From the NCBI RefSeq assembly GCF_001457615.1, contig NZ_LN831024.1, positions 4,530,001 through 4,562,000 on the forward strand: a stretch of 32,000 bases of DNA, given 5' to 3'. The notes under the pieces were generated by a model that did not search any database, had not been told where the DNA came from, and saw nothing but the letters and a program-made list of their open reading frames with translations. This document shows, in pieces, positions 1 through 16,526 of the stretch. The position numbers and the translations under genes are program-made. Position 1 is the stretch's first letter, and every line of letters starts with the position of its first letter. The stretch comes from Pseudomonas aeruginosa. Its GTDB lineage: Bacteria; Pseudomonadota; Gammaproteobacteria; Pseudomonadales; Pseudomonadaceae.

Positions 1-29
1 CATCGCTCTGGCGCGGGGCCGGCATGGCA

Positions 30-2654
<2,625 letters not shown>

Positions 2655-2775
2655 AGGTTCTTCCACGGAAAATTGGCGGCCACGAATCGCCGGCAAAGGG
2701 CCGCATTATATCGGCCCTTGGGCAAGGTTGTAGTGTATTTGCGCGATAGTTATTGCCTATTGCCGACCTTTTCGC

Positions 2776-3780
2776 TTATGAGCGACGAAAGGCCGCGAAG
2801 GCATCCAGTACTTGTCCTATGGACTCGGCGGAAACGTCCAGGTGGGTGACCAGGCGCAAACGCGCCGCCGCGCTGATCCGCACCTCGCGCTCGGCGAGGA
2901 AGTCGCGCAGCGCGACCGCCCGCTCGCCGACATCGACATAGACCATGTTGGTCTGCACCGGCTCCACCGCATAGCCCAGTTCGCGCAGCCCGTCGCCCAG
3001 GCGCGCGGCGTTGGCGTGGTCGTCGGCCAGGCGTGCCACCTGGTGATCGAGGGCGTACAGGCCGGCAGCCGCCAGCAGACCGGCCTGGCGCATCCCGCCG
3101 CCGACCATCTTGCGCCAGCGACGGGCCTTGCCGATCAGTTCGACGCTGCCGCAAAGCACCGAGCCCACCGGCGCACCGAGGCCCTTGGACAGGCACACCG
3201 ACACCGAGTCGAAGTGCCGGGTGATTTCGCTGGCGTCTACGCCCAGCTTCACCGCCGCGTTGTACAGGCGCGCGCCATCCAGGTGCAGGGCCAGGCCACG
3301 CGCGCGAGTGAAAGCGCGCGCCGCGGCCAGGTAGTCGAGCGGCAGCACCTTGCCCTGCATGGTGTTTTCCAGGGCCAGCAGGCGGGTCCTGGCGAAATGG
3401 AAGTCGTCGGCCTTGATCGCCGCCGCGACCTTGTCCAGGTCGAGCGATCCGTCGGCCTCGCCGTCGATCGGCTGCGGCTGGATCGAGCCCAGCACCGCGG
3501 CACCGCCGCCCTCGTATTTGTAGGTATGCGCCTGCTGGCCGACGATGTATTCGTCGCCGCGCTCGCAGTGGGCCATCAATCCGAGCAGGTTGCTCATGGT
3601 CCCGGTCGGTACGAAGAGCGCCGCGGCGAAGCCCAGGCGCGCCGCCAGTTCGGCCTCCAGGCGGTTGACCGTAGGGTCCTCGCCATAGACGTCGTCGCCC
3701 AGTTCGGCCGCGGCCATGGCTTCGCGCATGCCGGCGGTGGGCTGGGTGACGGTGTCGCTGCGCAGGTCGATGACAGGCAC
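2776..3780 (-). CDS. ltaE: Low-specificity L-threonine aldolase, PLP-dependent
   Basis: [39 protein letters not shown] and [18 protein letters not shown] (PLP lysine). The ORF is open to 3840, but the conserved N-terminus suggests a GTG start at 3780. Confidence 0.9.
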   Translation of the reverse strand: MPVIDLRSDTVTQPTAGMREAMAAAELGDDVYGEDPTVNRLEAELAARLGFAAALFVPTGTMSNLLGLMAHCERGDEYIVGQQAHTYKYEGGGAAVLGSIQPQPIDGEADGSLDLDKVAAAIKADDFHFARTRLLALENTMQGKVLPLDYLAAARAFTRARGLALHLDGARLYNAAVKLGVDASEITRHFDSVSVCLSKGLGAPVGSVLCGSVELIGKARRWRKMVGGGMRQAGLLAAAGLYALDHQVARLADDHANAARLGDGLRELGYAVEPVQTNMVYVDVGERAVALRDFLAEREVRISAAARLRLVTHLDVSAESIGQVLDAFAAFRRS

Positions 3781-3924
3781 GGAGGGCTCCTCGGTTCGGC
3801 GGAAAAGCCCGATCCTACGGCGCTCTACCGACAGCCACAAGGGAAGTCGGGAAATCTTCCCGGCCGCAACGGAAACGGAGCGCCGAAGCGCTCCGTCATG
3901 ATCGAGAGGGAAGGCCGATACGCC

Positions 3925-4923
3925 TCAGAGCTTGGCCGGCACCACCAGGATTCCGGCACGCAGGCCGTTCTTCACCCGTGGATTGGGGAAGATGATGCGC
4001 GCGCCGACCTCGTCCACCACCCAGCGCGTGCCGCCGATATCCTCGGCCAACAGGTAGCCCGGCGAGAGTTCGGTGAAGTTGGCCACGTCGTCGTCGAGGT
4101 GCAGGCGGAAGTGGTCGCTGTGCTTGATCACCTCGCGCGACACGCTGAACAGCTTGAGGCCGTCGAGCCGGGAGCCGTCCGGCTGTTCCTCGCTGCCGTC
4201 GATCAGCAGCTCCAGGCTCCGCTCCAGGCGCTCCAGGTTGACCTCCTGGTTCTCTCCGAACGGACGTGCCTTGCCCAGTTCCAGGGTAAAGGCCTCGGCG
4301 CCGAGCTGGCCGTAGGTGTAGGCGCTGAAGGTGATGCCCGGCTTGTTCTGCAACAGCACCGCCTCGATGCCGGCGTCGCGCAGGCGGGCCAGTTCGCTGC
4401 GGGAATGCTGGCGGCCCTCGGCCCAGGGGTAGAGGGCGAACTGCTCGATCTTCGAGCCGCGGATCGCGGTATGCAGGTCGTAGTGCAGGTGGACTCGCTC
4501 GGTCTTGCTGAAGAACACCTGGGCCAGGCGCTCCAGCTCGGCGGCACGGAAGGCCTCGTTGCCACTGCCCTCCTCGTGGCGACCGTTGAACAGGCGGTTC
4601 ATGTCCTGTTCGACGTAGCGCTCGCCGCGGCGGATGGCTTCGGGGTTGCCGAACAGGAAGAGGACCCTGGCGGCAGGCTTGAGGGTGCCAGCGGCGACCT
4701 TGCGGATCAGCCGTTCGAGCAGTTCGATGGGCGCGGTCTCGTTGCCGTGGATACCGGCCGAGAGCAACAGGTCGACGCCGTTATCGCGGGCGCCGATCGG
4801 CGTGACTTCCAGCGCGCCCTCGGCCAGCCAGTGCAGGCGGGTGCCGTCGGCGGTGAGCTGGATCTTCTCGGTCGGCTCGCGGCCGGCCAGGGTCAAGTCG
4901 AGCAGTTTGCCGAGGGCGAGCAT
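3925..4923 (-). CDS. aruE: N-succinylglutamate desuccinylase (AST pathway)
   Basis: 332 aa; [14 protein letters not shown], Zn-peptidase-like M14/AstE motif; located in the aru cluster. Confidence 0.95.
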   Translation of the reverse strand: MLALGKLLDLTLAGREPTEKIQLTADGTRLHWLAEGALEVTPIGARDNGVDLLLSAGIHGNETAPIELLERLIRKVAAGTLKPAARVLFLFGNPEAIRRGERYVEQDMNRLFNGRHEEGSGNEAFRAAELERLAQVFFSKTERVHLHYDLHTAIRGSKIEQFALYPWAEGRQHSRSELARLRDAGIEAVLLQNKPGITFSAYTYGQLGAEAFTLELGKARPFGENQEVNLERLERSLELLIDGSEEQPDGSRLDGLKLFSVSREVIKHSDHFRLHLDDDVANFTELSPGYLLAEDIGGTRWVVDEVGARIIFPNPRVKNGLRAGILVVPAKL

Positions 4924-4936
4924 GGGATGTCCTCAG

Positions 4937-5227
4937 TCAGTGGGTGTGGTCGCAGCCGCAGTCGGGGCCGTGCTCGTGGTCGTCGCCCTCTTCGATCGGC
5001 TCCATCTCCAGTTGCAGGCTGACCAGGTTGGTCGCCATCGGCCGCAGCAGCAGGTTGGTGTATTCGGTATCGCCGTCTTCGACGTCGACGCCGATCAGCA
5101 ACTGGCCGTTGCCGGCTTGCTGGACCCACACTTCCTTGCCCTGCCAGACCACGGCGAAACGGGTGCAGGAAGTTTCCAGCTGGGTGCCGTCGGTATCTTC
5201 GAGGATCAGTTGCAGGCTATCGGACAT
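4937..5227 (-). CDS. Small conserved hypothetical protein with His/Cys-rich C-terminal tail
   Basis: 96 aa ORF tightly packed between aruB and aruE; C-terminus GDDHEHGPDCGCDHTH. Confidence 0.85.
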   Translation of the reverse strand: MSDSLQLILEDTDGTQLETSCTRFAVVWQGKEVWVQQAGNGQLLIGVDVEDGDTEYTNLLLRPMATNLVSLQLEMEPIEEGDDHEHGPDCGCDHTH

Positions 5228-5240
5228 GGTGGCGAGGCTC

Positions 5241-8092
<2,852 letters not shown>

Positions 8093-9115
8093 TCAACCGC
8101 GCTTCTGCGCCGACAGCGGCACCGCGCGTACCGAGGCGCCGGCCGACAGGCGCAGGCGCTTGGCAGTCAGCGGATCGACCACCAGGGTGCCGGCGGCGGC
8201 CCGCGCCGGCGCGGCGGTGATGCGACAGTCTTCGCGCTTGCGGTTGTGGATCAGGTAGGGCTCGGCGTCGTCGCCGGGAGTGCCCACCGCCAGCACCAGG
8301 TTCTGGCTCTCGGCGATGGCGCGGATCTTGTCGGTCTCGGCCTCGATCGCCGGGCCGGCGTCGAAGATGTCGACGTAGCCCTGGTAGCTGAAGCCCTCGG
8401 CCTTGAGCATGGCCAGCGCCGGCTCGGTGTTCGGATGGACGCGGCCGATCACCCCGCGCGCCTCCTCGGAGAGGAAGCAGGTATAGAGCGGGAACTTCGG
8501 CATCAGCTCGGCGATGAAGGCCTTGTTGCCGACCCCGGTGAGGTAGTCGGCCTGGGAGAATTCCATCTTGAAGAAGTGCCGGCCGAGGCTTTCCCAGAAT
8601 GGCGAACGCCCCTCCTCGTCGGACATGCCGCGCATCTCGGCGATCAGCTTGTCGCCGAACAGGTGGCGGAATTCGGCGATGAACAGGAAGCGCGCGCGCG
8701 ACAGCAGCTTGCCGTTGAGGCCGCTGCGGTGGTCGGCGTGGAGGAACAGCGAGCACAGCTCGGAATTGCCGGTCAGGTCGTTGGCCAGGAACAGCGTGGG
8801 GATCTCGCGATGGATGTTGAGTTCCTGCGAGGCGCTCACGGTGAGGCCGACCCGGTAGTTGTACCAGGGTTCGCGAAGCCCCACCGCTCCGGCGATGGCG
8901 GAGATGCCGACGACCTTGCCGGCGTCGTCCTCGAGGACGAACAGGTAGTCGGCGTCGCCGCGTTCGGCCTCGCCGCGGAAGGCCTTCTCGGCCCAGCTGA
9001 CGCGATGCTGCAGGCGCTGCTCGTTGGCCGGCAGGGTGGTCAGGCCGGTGCCGGTGCTGCGCGCCAGCTCGATCAGGGCCGGCAGGTCGGCGCTGGTAAC
9101 AGGACGTACGATCAT
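8093..9115 (-). CDS. aruG: Arginine/ornithine N-succinyltransferase subunit
   Basis: 340 aa AstA family: MIVRPVTSADLPALIELARSTGTGLTTLPANE...PIYTCFLSEEARGVIG; tandem paralog of the next gene. Confidence 0.94.
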   Translation of the reverse strand: MIVRPVTSADLPALIELARSTGTGLTTLPANEQRLQHRVSWAEKAFRGEAERGDADYLFVLEDDAGKVVGISAIAGAVGLREPWYNYRVGLTVSASQELNIHREIPTLFLANDLTGNSELCSLFLHADHRSGLNGKLLSRARFLFIAEFRHLFGDKLIAEMRGMSDEEGRSPFWESLGRHFFKMEFSQADYLTGVGNKAFIAELMPKFPLYTCFLSEEARGVIGRVHPNTEPALAMLKAEGFSYQGYVDIFDAGPAIEAETDKIRAIAESQNLVLAVGTPGDDAEPYLIHNRKREDCRITAAPARAAAGTLVVDPLTAKRLRLSAGASVRAVPLSAQKRG

Positions 9116-9126
9116 GACTGGCTCCT

Positions 9127-10143
9127 TCAGACCGCTACCAGGCGCACGCTGGCGCCTTCGCCGACGCCCAGGGCCTCGGCGGCTTCAACACTCAGGGCCA
9201 CCGGCTTGCCGGGCGCCCAGTCCAGGTCCAGCACGACCGCGCGGAAGTCCTGCAACTGGCCGTTGGTGACCAGGTATGGACGCCCGCTCTTCGGCGCCTC
9301 GCCGATCTTCACCGGAACCACCCGGCTCTGGGCGATCGAGCGAATCCCCGAGGTACGCGCGTGCAGGGTCGGGCCGCCATCGAAGATGTCGATGTAGTTG
9401 TCGGTCTCGAAGCCTTCGCGCATCAGGATATCGAAGGTGATCTGCGCTCGCGGGTGGACCTGGCCCATGGACTCCTGGGCGGCATCCGGCAACAGTGGCA
9501 CATAGATCGGATAGTGCGGCATCAGTTCGGCGAGGAAGGTGCGGCTCTTCAGCCCGGAGAGCTTTTCCGCCTCGATGTAGTTCAGGTCGAAGAAGTTGCG
9601 CCCGACCGCGTTCCAGAACGGCGATTCGCCCTGCTCGTCGCTGTAGCCGACGATCTCCACCACCACCGCGTCGGCGAAGCGCTCCGGATGGCTGGCCATG
9701 AACAGCAGGCGACCGCGCGAGTTGAGTTCGGCGTAGACGCTCTGCACCAGGTCGCGCTGTACGTAGAAACTGGTCAGCAGACTGTTGCCGGTAAGGTCGT
9801 GGCACAGCGAGAGGACATGGATCTTGTTGTGGATCGACAGCGAGCGCGAGGCGTGCACGAAGGTTTCGTTGCGGAAGCTGTAGAACGGTTCCGAGAACCC
9901 GGCCGAGGCGACGATCGCCGAGCAGCCGACCAGCTCGCCGCTGGCGCTGTCCTCGAGGACGAAGAAATAGCTTTCCTCGCCGTTGTAGCTCACCTCCGCG
10001 GCGAACGAGGCCTCGGAAGCGAGGATCTTGTCGCGCAGGCGTTCGGCGTCATCCGGCAAGGACGTGACGCCTACCGGGCTGTCCGCCGCCAGACGCTGCA
10101 CCTGTGGCAGGTCGGCCGCTTGGGCGGGGCGCATCACCAACAT
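9127..10143 (-). CDS. aruF: Arginine/ornithine N-succinyltransferase subunit
   Basis: 338 aa AstA family: MLVMRPAQAADLPQVQRLAADSPVGVTSLPDD; GQVHPRAQITFDILMREGFETDNYIDIFDGGPTLHA. Confidence 0.94.
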   Translation of the reverse strand: MLVMRPAQAADLPQVQRLAADSPVGVTSLPDDAERLRDKILASEASFAAEVSYNGEESYFFVLEDSASGELVGCSAIVASAGFSEPFYSFRNETFVHASRSLSIHNKIHVLSLCHDLTGNSLLTSFYVQRDLVQSVYAELNSRGRLLFMASHPERFADAVVVEIVGYSDEQGESPFWNAVGRNFFDLNYIEAEKLSGLKSRTFLAELMPHYPIYVPLLPDAAQESMGQVHPRAQITFDILMREGFETDNYIDIFDGGPTLHARTSGIRSIAQSRVVPVKIGEAPKSGRPYLVTNGQLQDFRAVVLDLDWAPGKPVALSVEAAEALGVGEGASVRLVAV

Positions 10144-10341
10144 GGCGTCACTCCTTTCTCAGACAACGATGATTGCCGCATCCATGCGCGGGACCGCGGC
10201 ACCTTCCTGTGCCACGGTTTCGAACGTCCAGCAGGGAAGATCCCGCGCCACGCACGGCGGCACGGTTCCCGGCTCCGGCGCGGGCCGCTCCGGGATGTCG
10301 CATCGGGTGCCCCGGCCTGCGCCGGGGCCCCGTGGGTTCGC

Positions 10342-11695
<1,354 letters not shown>

Positions 11696-11791
11696 GAAAG
11701 CATCGGGAAGGCGCAGTGTAAACGCGCGATGCACTCGGGTGCATACTTCTTCTACGCCGCCCCGCGGGCGGGAACAGCAGGGAAACAAGCC

Positions 11792-12052
11792 ATGCCCATC
11801 GAGGGAATCGACTACCGTCTCGTCTTCGCCTCCGACGTCAATCCGCGCGACGGCCTCGGCCTGGAGTGCTGGCGCGGCGAACAGCCGCTGTTCGAGGTCT
11901 TTCGCGACGACGCCGGCCGGCGTTTCGTGGTCAACCTGTTCGCCAGCGACGTTCCGCTGGAACTGCTGGAGGCGATCATTCCGACGGCCCGTCGCGAACT
12001 CGGCGACTTCCCGAGGCGATCCGCCTCCCGGGGCGTCGCAAAGCCCGGCTGA
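11792..12052 (+). CDS. Small conserved hypothetical protein (86 aa)
   Basis: MPIEGIDYRLVFASDVNPRDGLGLECWRGEQPLFEVFRDD...; fits between divergent aruC and convergent argR. The ORF is open to 11612 but the internal ATG is the likely start. Confidence 0.7.
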   Translation: MPIEGIDYRLVFASDVNPRDGLGLECWRGEQPLFEVFRDDAGRRFVVNLFASDVPLELLEAIIPTARRELGDFPRRSASRGVAKPG

Positions 12053-12072
12053 AACCGCCGCGCCGTTGGCGA

Positions 12073-13062
12073 TCAGCCGCGTTCGACGGGAGTGAAGGTC
12101 GTCTCGAAGGCGCTGCCGCCGCGCCGCTGGTTGCGGTCCTCGCGCGGAGTGACGCCGAAGAAGTTGCGGTAGGCGCTGGAGAAATGCGGCCCGGAAGAGA
12201 AACCGCAGGACAGGCCGATCTGGATGATCGACTTGCTGGTCTGCATCAGCATCTGCCGCGCGCGGTTCAGGCGCAGCTCCAGGTAGTACTGGCTGGGTAC
12301 GCGGTTCAGGTATTGCTTGAAGATCCGTTCCAACTGGCGCCGCGAAACACACACATGCTGGGCGATCTCGTCGGTGGTCAGTGGCTCCTCGATATTGGCT
12401 TCCATCAGCAGTACCGCCTGGGTCAGCTTCGGATGGCTGGAGCCGAGGCGATTCTTCAGCGGGATGCGCTGGCGCTCGTTGCCTTCGCGAATGCGCTCCA
12501 CCACCAGCTCTTCCGAGACCGCGCCGGCCAGTTCAGCGCCATGGTCGCGGGACAGCAGCGCCAGCAGCAGGTCGAGTACCGCCATGCCGCCGCAGGCGGT
12601 CATGCGGTCGCGATCCCACTCGAACAGGTGGTTGGTGGCGATGACCTTGGGGAAGCGCTCGGTGAAGTCATCGTGCCAACGCCAGTGCACCGCGGCGCGA
12701 TAACCGTCGAGCAGGCCGAGCTGGGCCAGCGGGTAGATGCCGGCGGACAGCGCGCCGATCGCCGCTCCCGAACGCGCCAGTTGCTTGAGCGCCAGGCCCA
12801 GCGCTGGCGACACCGCCGCCGGCGCCTCGTCGGCGACCAGGAACAGCCGCGAGCATTGCTCCAGCCTGCCGTTCCAGGCCGTTCCCGGCAGGCGCCAGCC
12901 CTCCTCTTCGGCCGGCGCTTCGGCGAGCAGGAACAGCGGCTCGTAGAGCGCCTCGGGGTGCAACCGCCGGGCCGCCCGCAGGGCTTCCTCGGCAAGCGAT
13001 AGCGTCAGCGCGCGGGTGGCGGGCCAGAGGAGGAAACCGATGCGTTGGGGTTGGGCAGTCAT
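12073..13062 (-). CDS. argR: Arginine-responsive AraC-family transcriptional regulator ArgR
   Basis: 329 aa; C-terminal AraC/XylS HTH (EPLTTDEIAQHVCVSRRQLERIFKQYLNRVPSQYYLELRLNRARQML...SGFSSGPHFSSAYRNFFGVTPRE) with an N-terminal DJ-1/PfpI-like domain; last gene of the aot operon. Confidence 0.95.
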   Translation of the reverse strand: MTAQPQRIGFLLWPATRALTLSLAEEALRAARRLHPEALYEPLFLLAEAPAEEEGWRLPGTAWNGRLEQCSRLFLVADEAPAAVSPALGLALKQLARSGAAIGALSAGIYPLAQLGLLDGYRAAVHWRWHDDFTERFPKVIATNHLFEWDRDRMTACGGMAVLDLLLALLSRDHGAELAGAVSEELVVERIREGNERQRIPLKNRLGSSHPKLTQAVLLMEANIEEPLTTDEIAQHVCVSRRQLERIFKQYLNRVPSQYYLELRLNRARQMLMQTSKSIIQIGLSCGFSSGPHFSSAYRNFFGVTPREDRNQRRGGSAFETTFTPVERG

Positions 13063-13094
13063 GGGAGCAGCTTAGCCGGCCTCTGCGATGAATG

Positions 13095-13859
13095 TTACTT
13101 GAGGCTGCCGGAGAGGAACTGCTTGAGGCGGTCCGACTGCGGGTTGGCGAGGACTTCCTTCGGGCAGCCGTGTTCCTCGACCAGGCCCTTGTGCAGGAAC
13201 ACCAACTGGTTCGACACCTCGCGGGCGAAACCCATCTCGTGGGTCACCACCACCATGGTGCGGCCTTCCTGGGCCAGGTCCTGCATGACCTTCAGCACTT
13301 CGCCCACCAGCTCGGGGTCGAGCGCCGAGGTCGGCTCGTCGAACAGCATCACTTCCGGCTCCACCGCCAGCGCCCGGGCGATCGCCACGCGCTGCTGCTC
13401 GCCGCCGCTCATGTGCGCCGGGTAGGCGTCCTTGCGGTGCGCCACGCCGACCTTGGCCAGGTAGTGCTCGGCCTTCTCGATGGCTTCCTTCTTCGACACG
13501 CCGAGCACATGCACGGGCGCCTCGATGACGTTCTCCAGAGCGCTCATGTGCGACCACAGGTTGAAATGCTGGAACACCATCGACAGGCGCGAGCGCATAC
13601 GCTGCAACTGGCGAGAGTCGGCGGCCTTCAGCGCGCCGTCGCGGCCGGGCACCAGCTTCAGCTCCTCGCCGTTGAGCAGGATCTTGCCGGCGTGCGGCTG
13701 TTCCAGCAGGTTGATGCAGCGCAGGAAGGTGCTCTTGCCGGAACCGCTCGAGCCGATGATGCTGATCACGTCGCCCGCTTTCGCCGCCAGCGAGACGCCC
13801 TTGAGCACCTCGTGGCTACCGTAGCGCTTGTGCAGGTCTTGGACTTCCAGTTTGTACAT
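13095..13859 (-). CDS. aotP: Arginine/ornithine ABC transporter ATP-binding protein
   Basis: Walker A GSSGSGKST, signature HMSGGEQQRVAIARALA, Walker B EVMLFDEPTSALDPE. Confidence 0.96.
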   Translation of the reverse strand: MYKLEVQDLHKRYGSHEVLKGVSLAAKAGDVISIIGSSGSGKSTFLRCINLLEQPHAGKILLNGEELKLVPGRDGALKAADSRQLQRMRSRLSMVFQHFNLWSHMSALENVIEAPVHVLGVSKKEAIEKAEHYLAKVGVAHRKDAYPAHMSGGEQQRVAIARALAVEPEVMLFDEPTSALDPELVGEVLKVMQDLAQEGRTMVVVTHEMGFAREVSNQLVFLHKGLVEEHGCPKEVLANPQSDRLKQFLSGSLK

Positions 13860-13877
13860 GTGTGTGTTCTCGGCTAA

Positions 13878-14990
13878 TCAGTCGCTGAGCAAGCGTCCCT
13901 GACGGATCGGTTGACGACCGGCCACCTTGGCCAGCCAGAGTCCCGGCTGCGCGTAGCGCATCCGTTCGATGGCGAAAAGCACGCCGGAAACCCCGGCGCA
14001 CACGGTGCTGGCACGGTCGGCCAGGGGATCGATGACCTGGAACAGCGGTTCGCCCGCCTCCACCCATTCGCCCGGCCGGCGCAGGAAACTCACCACGCCG
14101 GTATGCGGCGCGTGGACGTATTCGGTGCCTTCGAAGGGCAAGCCTTCGCAGCAGGCTTCGGGCGCCGCCGGCCATTCGCCCTCGACGAAGCCCTGCTCGG
14201 CGAGGAAGGCCAGGATCGCCGCGGCGTTGGCCTCGGCCTGCTGCGCCGTGGTATCGGCCTGGCCGCCGAGTTCGACGGTGGTCGCCAGGCAGGCCAGCGG
14301 CAGCTCGGCGCGCGGATACAGGCGCGACAGGCGCAGCCACGGCACCGAGCAGGCCTCGTCGAAGGAACCGCCGCCGGACTCCTCGGCGAGCAGCCCGACA
14401 GCGGCGCCCAGGCGTGCGGCCAGGGAGGCGAAGGTGGGCCATTGTTGCGGCAGGGTATAGAGATGGATGGCGGCCTCGAAGTCGCAATGCAGGTCGAGCA
14501 CCAGGTCGGCGTCGCAGGCGTGGCGATAGAGCACGCGCTGCATGCCCTCCAGTTCCGAGGTCGCCGGCGGCAGGGCGTCCAGCGCCGCGCGCAGGGCCTG
14601 GCGGACCAGCGCGACATTGGCCGCCGGATCGCTGCCGAGACGCTCGCCGACGCTGTCGATCACCGCGTCCAGCAGGTCGGGGAAATCGCGATTGAAGTTG
14701 CGCCCGCTGCTCATTTCGAAGCGCCCCTGGTGCAGCGCCTGGATCATCTGCCCGAGACCGACCGGATTGGCCACCGGCACCAGCTCGACGGTGCCGCGCA
14801 GGCGGCCTTCCGCCTCCAGCAGGCGCAACCGCTGCTTCAGCTCCCAGGCGGTGCGCATGCCCGGCAGCTCGTCGGCGTGCAGGCTGGACTGGATGTAGAC
14901 CTTGCGCGCGCCGCAGCCGAAGCGGAACACGCTCAGGCGCTTCTCGCTTCCCAGGGTGCTCCACGGCAGCAGGTGGTCGATACGCTCCAT
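13878..14990 (-). CDS. aotO: Succinylglutamate desuccinylase/aspartoacylase-family protein in the aot operon
   Basis: YIQSSLHADELPGM (HxxE-type zinc motif) and LVLDLHCDFEAAIHLY; start at MERIDHLLPWSTLGSEKR. Position between aotM and aotP. Confidence 0.85.
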   Translation of the reverse strand: MERIDHLLPWSTLGSEKRLSVFRFGCGARKVYIQSSLHADELPGMRTAWELKQRLRLLEAEGRLRGTVELVPVANPVGLGQMIQALHQGRFEMSSGRNFNRDFPDLLDAVIDSVGERLGSDPAANVALVRQALRAALDALPPATSELEGMQRVLYRHACDADLVLDLHCDFEAAIHLYTLPQQWPTFASLAARLGAAVGLLAEESGGGSFDEACSVPWLRLSRLYPRAELPLACLATTVELGGQADTTAQQAEANAAAILAFLAEQGFVEGEWPAAPEACCEGLPFEGTEYVHAPHTGVVSFLRRPGEWVEAGEPLFQVIDPLADRASTVCAGVSGVLFAIERMRYAQPGLWLAKVAGRQPIRQGRLLSD

Positions 14991-15003
14991 GCGGTCCTCC
15001 GGA

Positions 15004-15702
15004 TCAGGATTTGCGCGGCGCCAGGTAGGCCAGCCAGCGGCGCTCGGCAAGCTTGAACAGGCGCACCAGGATGAAGGTCAGGCACAGGTAGAACAGGCCA
15101 GCGGTGATGAACGCCTCGAACGGCAGGTAGTACTGCGAGTAGACGGTCCGCGCGGCGCCGGTGATGTCCACCAGGGTGACGATGGACGCCAGGCTGGTGG
15201 TCTGCAGCATCATGATCACTTCGTTGCTGTACTGCGGCAGGGCGCGCCGCAGTGCCGACGGCAGGAGGATGCGGCGGTACATCTTCAGGCGCGACATGCC
15301 CATCGCCTTGGCCGCCTCGATCTCGCCATGGGGCGTGGCCTTCAGGCTACCGGCGAGGATCTCGGCGGTATAGGCGCTGGTGTTGATGGCGAACGCCAGG
15401 CAGGCGCAGAAGGAGGCGTTCGACAACCAGGGCCACAGCGCGCTCTCGCGCACCGCGTCGAACTGCGCCAGGCCGTAGTAGATCAGGAACAGCTGGACCA
15501 GCATCGGCGTGCCGCGGATCACGTAGGTGTAGAGCCAGGCCGGGAAGTTCACCAGCGGCTGCTTGGAGACCCGCATCAGCGCCAGCGGCACCGCCAGCAG
15601 CAGGCCGATCAGCAGGGAGATCGAGAGCAGCTTGAGGGTGACCAGCAGGCCGTCGAAATAGAGCGGAAGGCTGTCCCAGATGACGGAGAAATCGAAGATC
15701 AC
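15004..15702 (-). CDS. aotM: Arginine/ornithine ABC transporter permease
   Basis: 232 aa HisM/GlnP-like permease: YVIRGTPMLVQLFLIYYGLAQF; EAAKAMGMSRLKMYRRILLPSALRRALP. Confidence 0.93.
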   Translation of the reverse strand: MIFDFSVIWDSLPLYFDGLLVTLKLLSISLLIGLLLAVPLALMRVSKQPLVNFPAWLYTYVIRGTPMLVQLFLIYYGLAQFDAVRESALWPWLSNASFCACLAFAINTSAYTAEILAGSLKATPHGEIEAAKAMGMSRLKMYRRILLPSALRRALPQYSNEVIMMLQTTSLASIVTLVDITGAARTVYSQYYLPFEAFITAGLFYLCLTFILVRLFKLAERRWLAYLAPRKS

Positions 15703-15718
15703 GATAGGGCCCCTTGAC

Positions 15719-16411
15719 TCACAGTTCCGCGGTTTTCACGCCGACCGAATAGCGGCGTTCGAGCAGGCGCAGCAACAGCAGCGACACGCTGGTCACCAGC
15801 AGGTACAGGCCGGCCACGGCGAGGTAGTAGGTGAACGGCTCGCGGGTCGCATCGGAGGCCTGCTTGGCCTTGAACATCATGTCCTGCAGGCCGACCACGG
15901 AAATCAGCGCGGTGGCCTTGACCAGCACCAGCCAGTTGTTGGTGAAGCCGGGGATCGCCAGGCGGATCATCTGCGGCACCTGGATGCGGAAGAACACCTG
16001 GCGGTGGCTCATGCCGTAGGCGTAGCCGGCCTCGCCCTGCCCCTTGGGAATCGCCATGAAGGCGCCGCGGAAGGTCTCCGAGAGATAGGCGCCGAAGATG
16101 AAGCCGAGGGTGCCGACGCCGGACACGAAGGGATTCAGGTCGATGTAGTCGTCGTAGCCGAGTTGCGGGGCGACCCAGTTCAGCAGGCCCTGGCCGCCGT
16201 AGAAGATCAGCAGGATCAGCACCAGGTCGGGGATGCCGCGCACTACCGTGGCGTACAGGTCGCCGCACCAGGCCAGCCAGCGCACCGGCGACAGGCGGAA
16301 GGCCGCGCCCAGCAGGCCGAGGACGATGGCCAGGAGCATGGAAAGCAGGGCCAGCTGGAGAGTCAGCCAGGCGCCATCGACGATGGTCGCACCGTAGCCA
16401 GTGATCATCAA
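15719..16411 (-). CDS. aotQ: Arginine/ornithine ABC transporter permease
   Basis: 230 aa HisQ-like permease: TVVRGIPDLVLILLIFYGGQGLLNW; GQGEAGYAYGMSHRQVFFRIQVPQMIRLAIPG. Confidence 0.93.
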   Translation of the reverse strand: MMITGYGATIVDGAWLTLQLALLSMLLAIVLGLLGAAFRLSPVRWLAWCGDLYATVVRGIPDLVLILLIFYGGQGLLNWVAPQLGYDDYIDLNPFVSGVGTLGFIFGAYLSETFRGAFMAIPKGQGEAGYAYGMSHRQVFFRIQVPQMIRLAIPGFTNNWLVLVKATALISVVGLQDMMFKAKQASDATREPFTYYLAVAGLYLLVTSVSLLLLRLLERRYSVGVKTAEL

Positions 16412-16526
16412 AACGGTACCTCTATGCAGCTAATGCAGCGCTAAAGCAGTGGCGTCCAGTCAATAAAAAAGTGGCACAAACAGCGCGAGGCGTCGCGGAC
16501 GTTTGTGCCACCTCTGACGGATAGCG

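Noticed and set aside
13816-14964. 382-aa minus-strand ORF overlapping aotO in another frame
   Set aside because: Arginine/glycine-rich alternate-frame translation; the aotO frame has recognisable metal-binding motifs.
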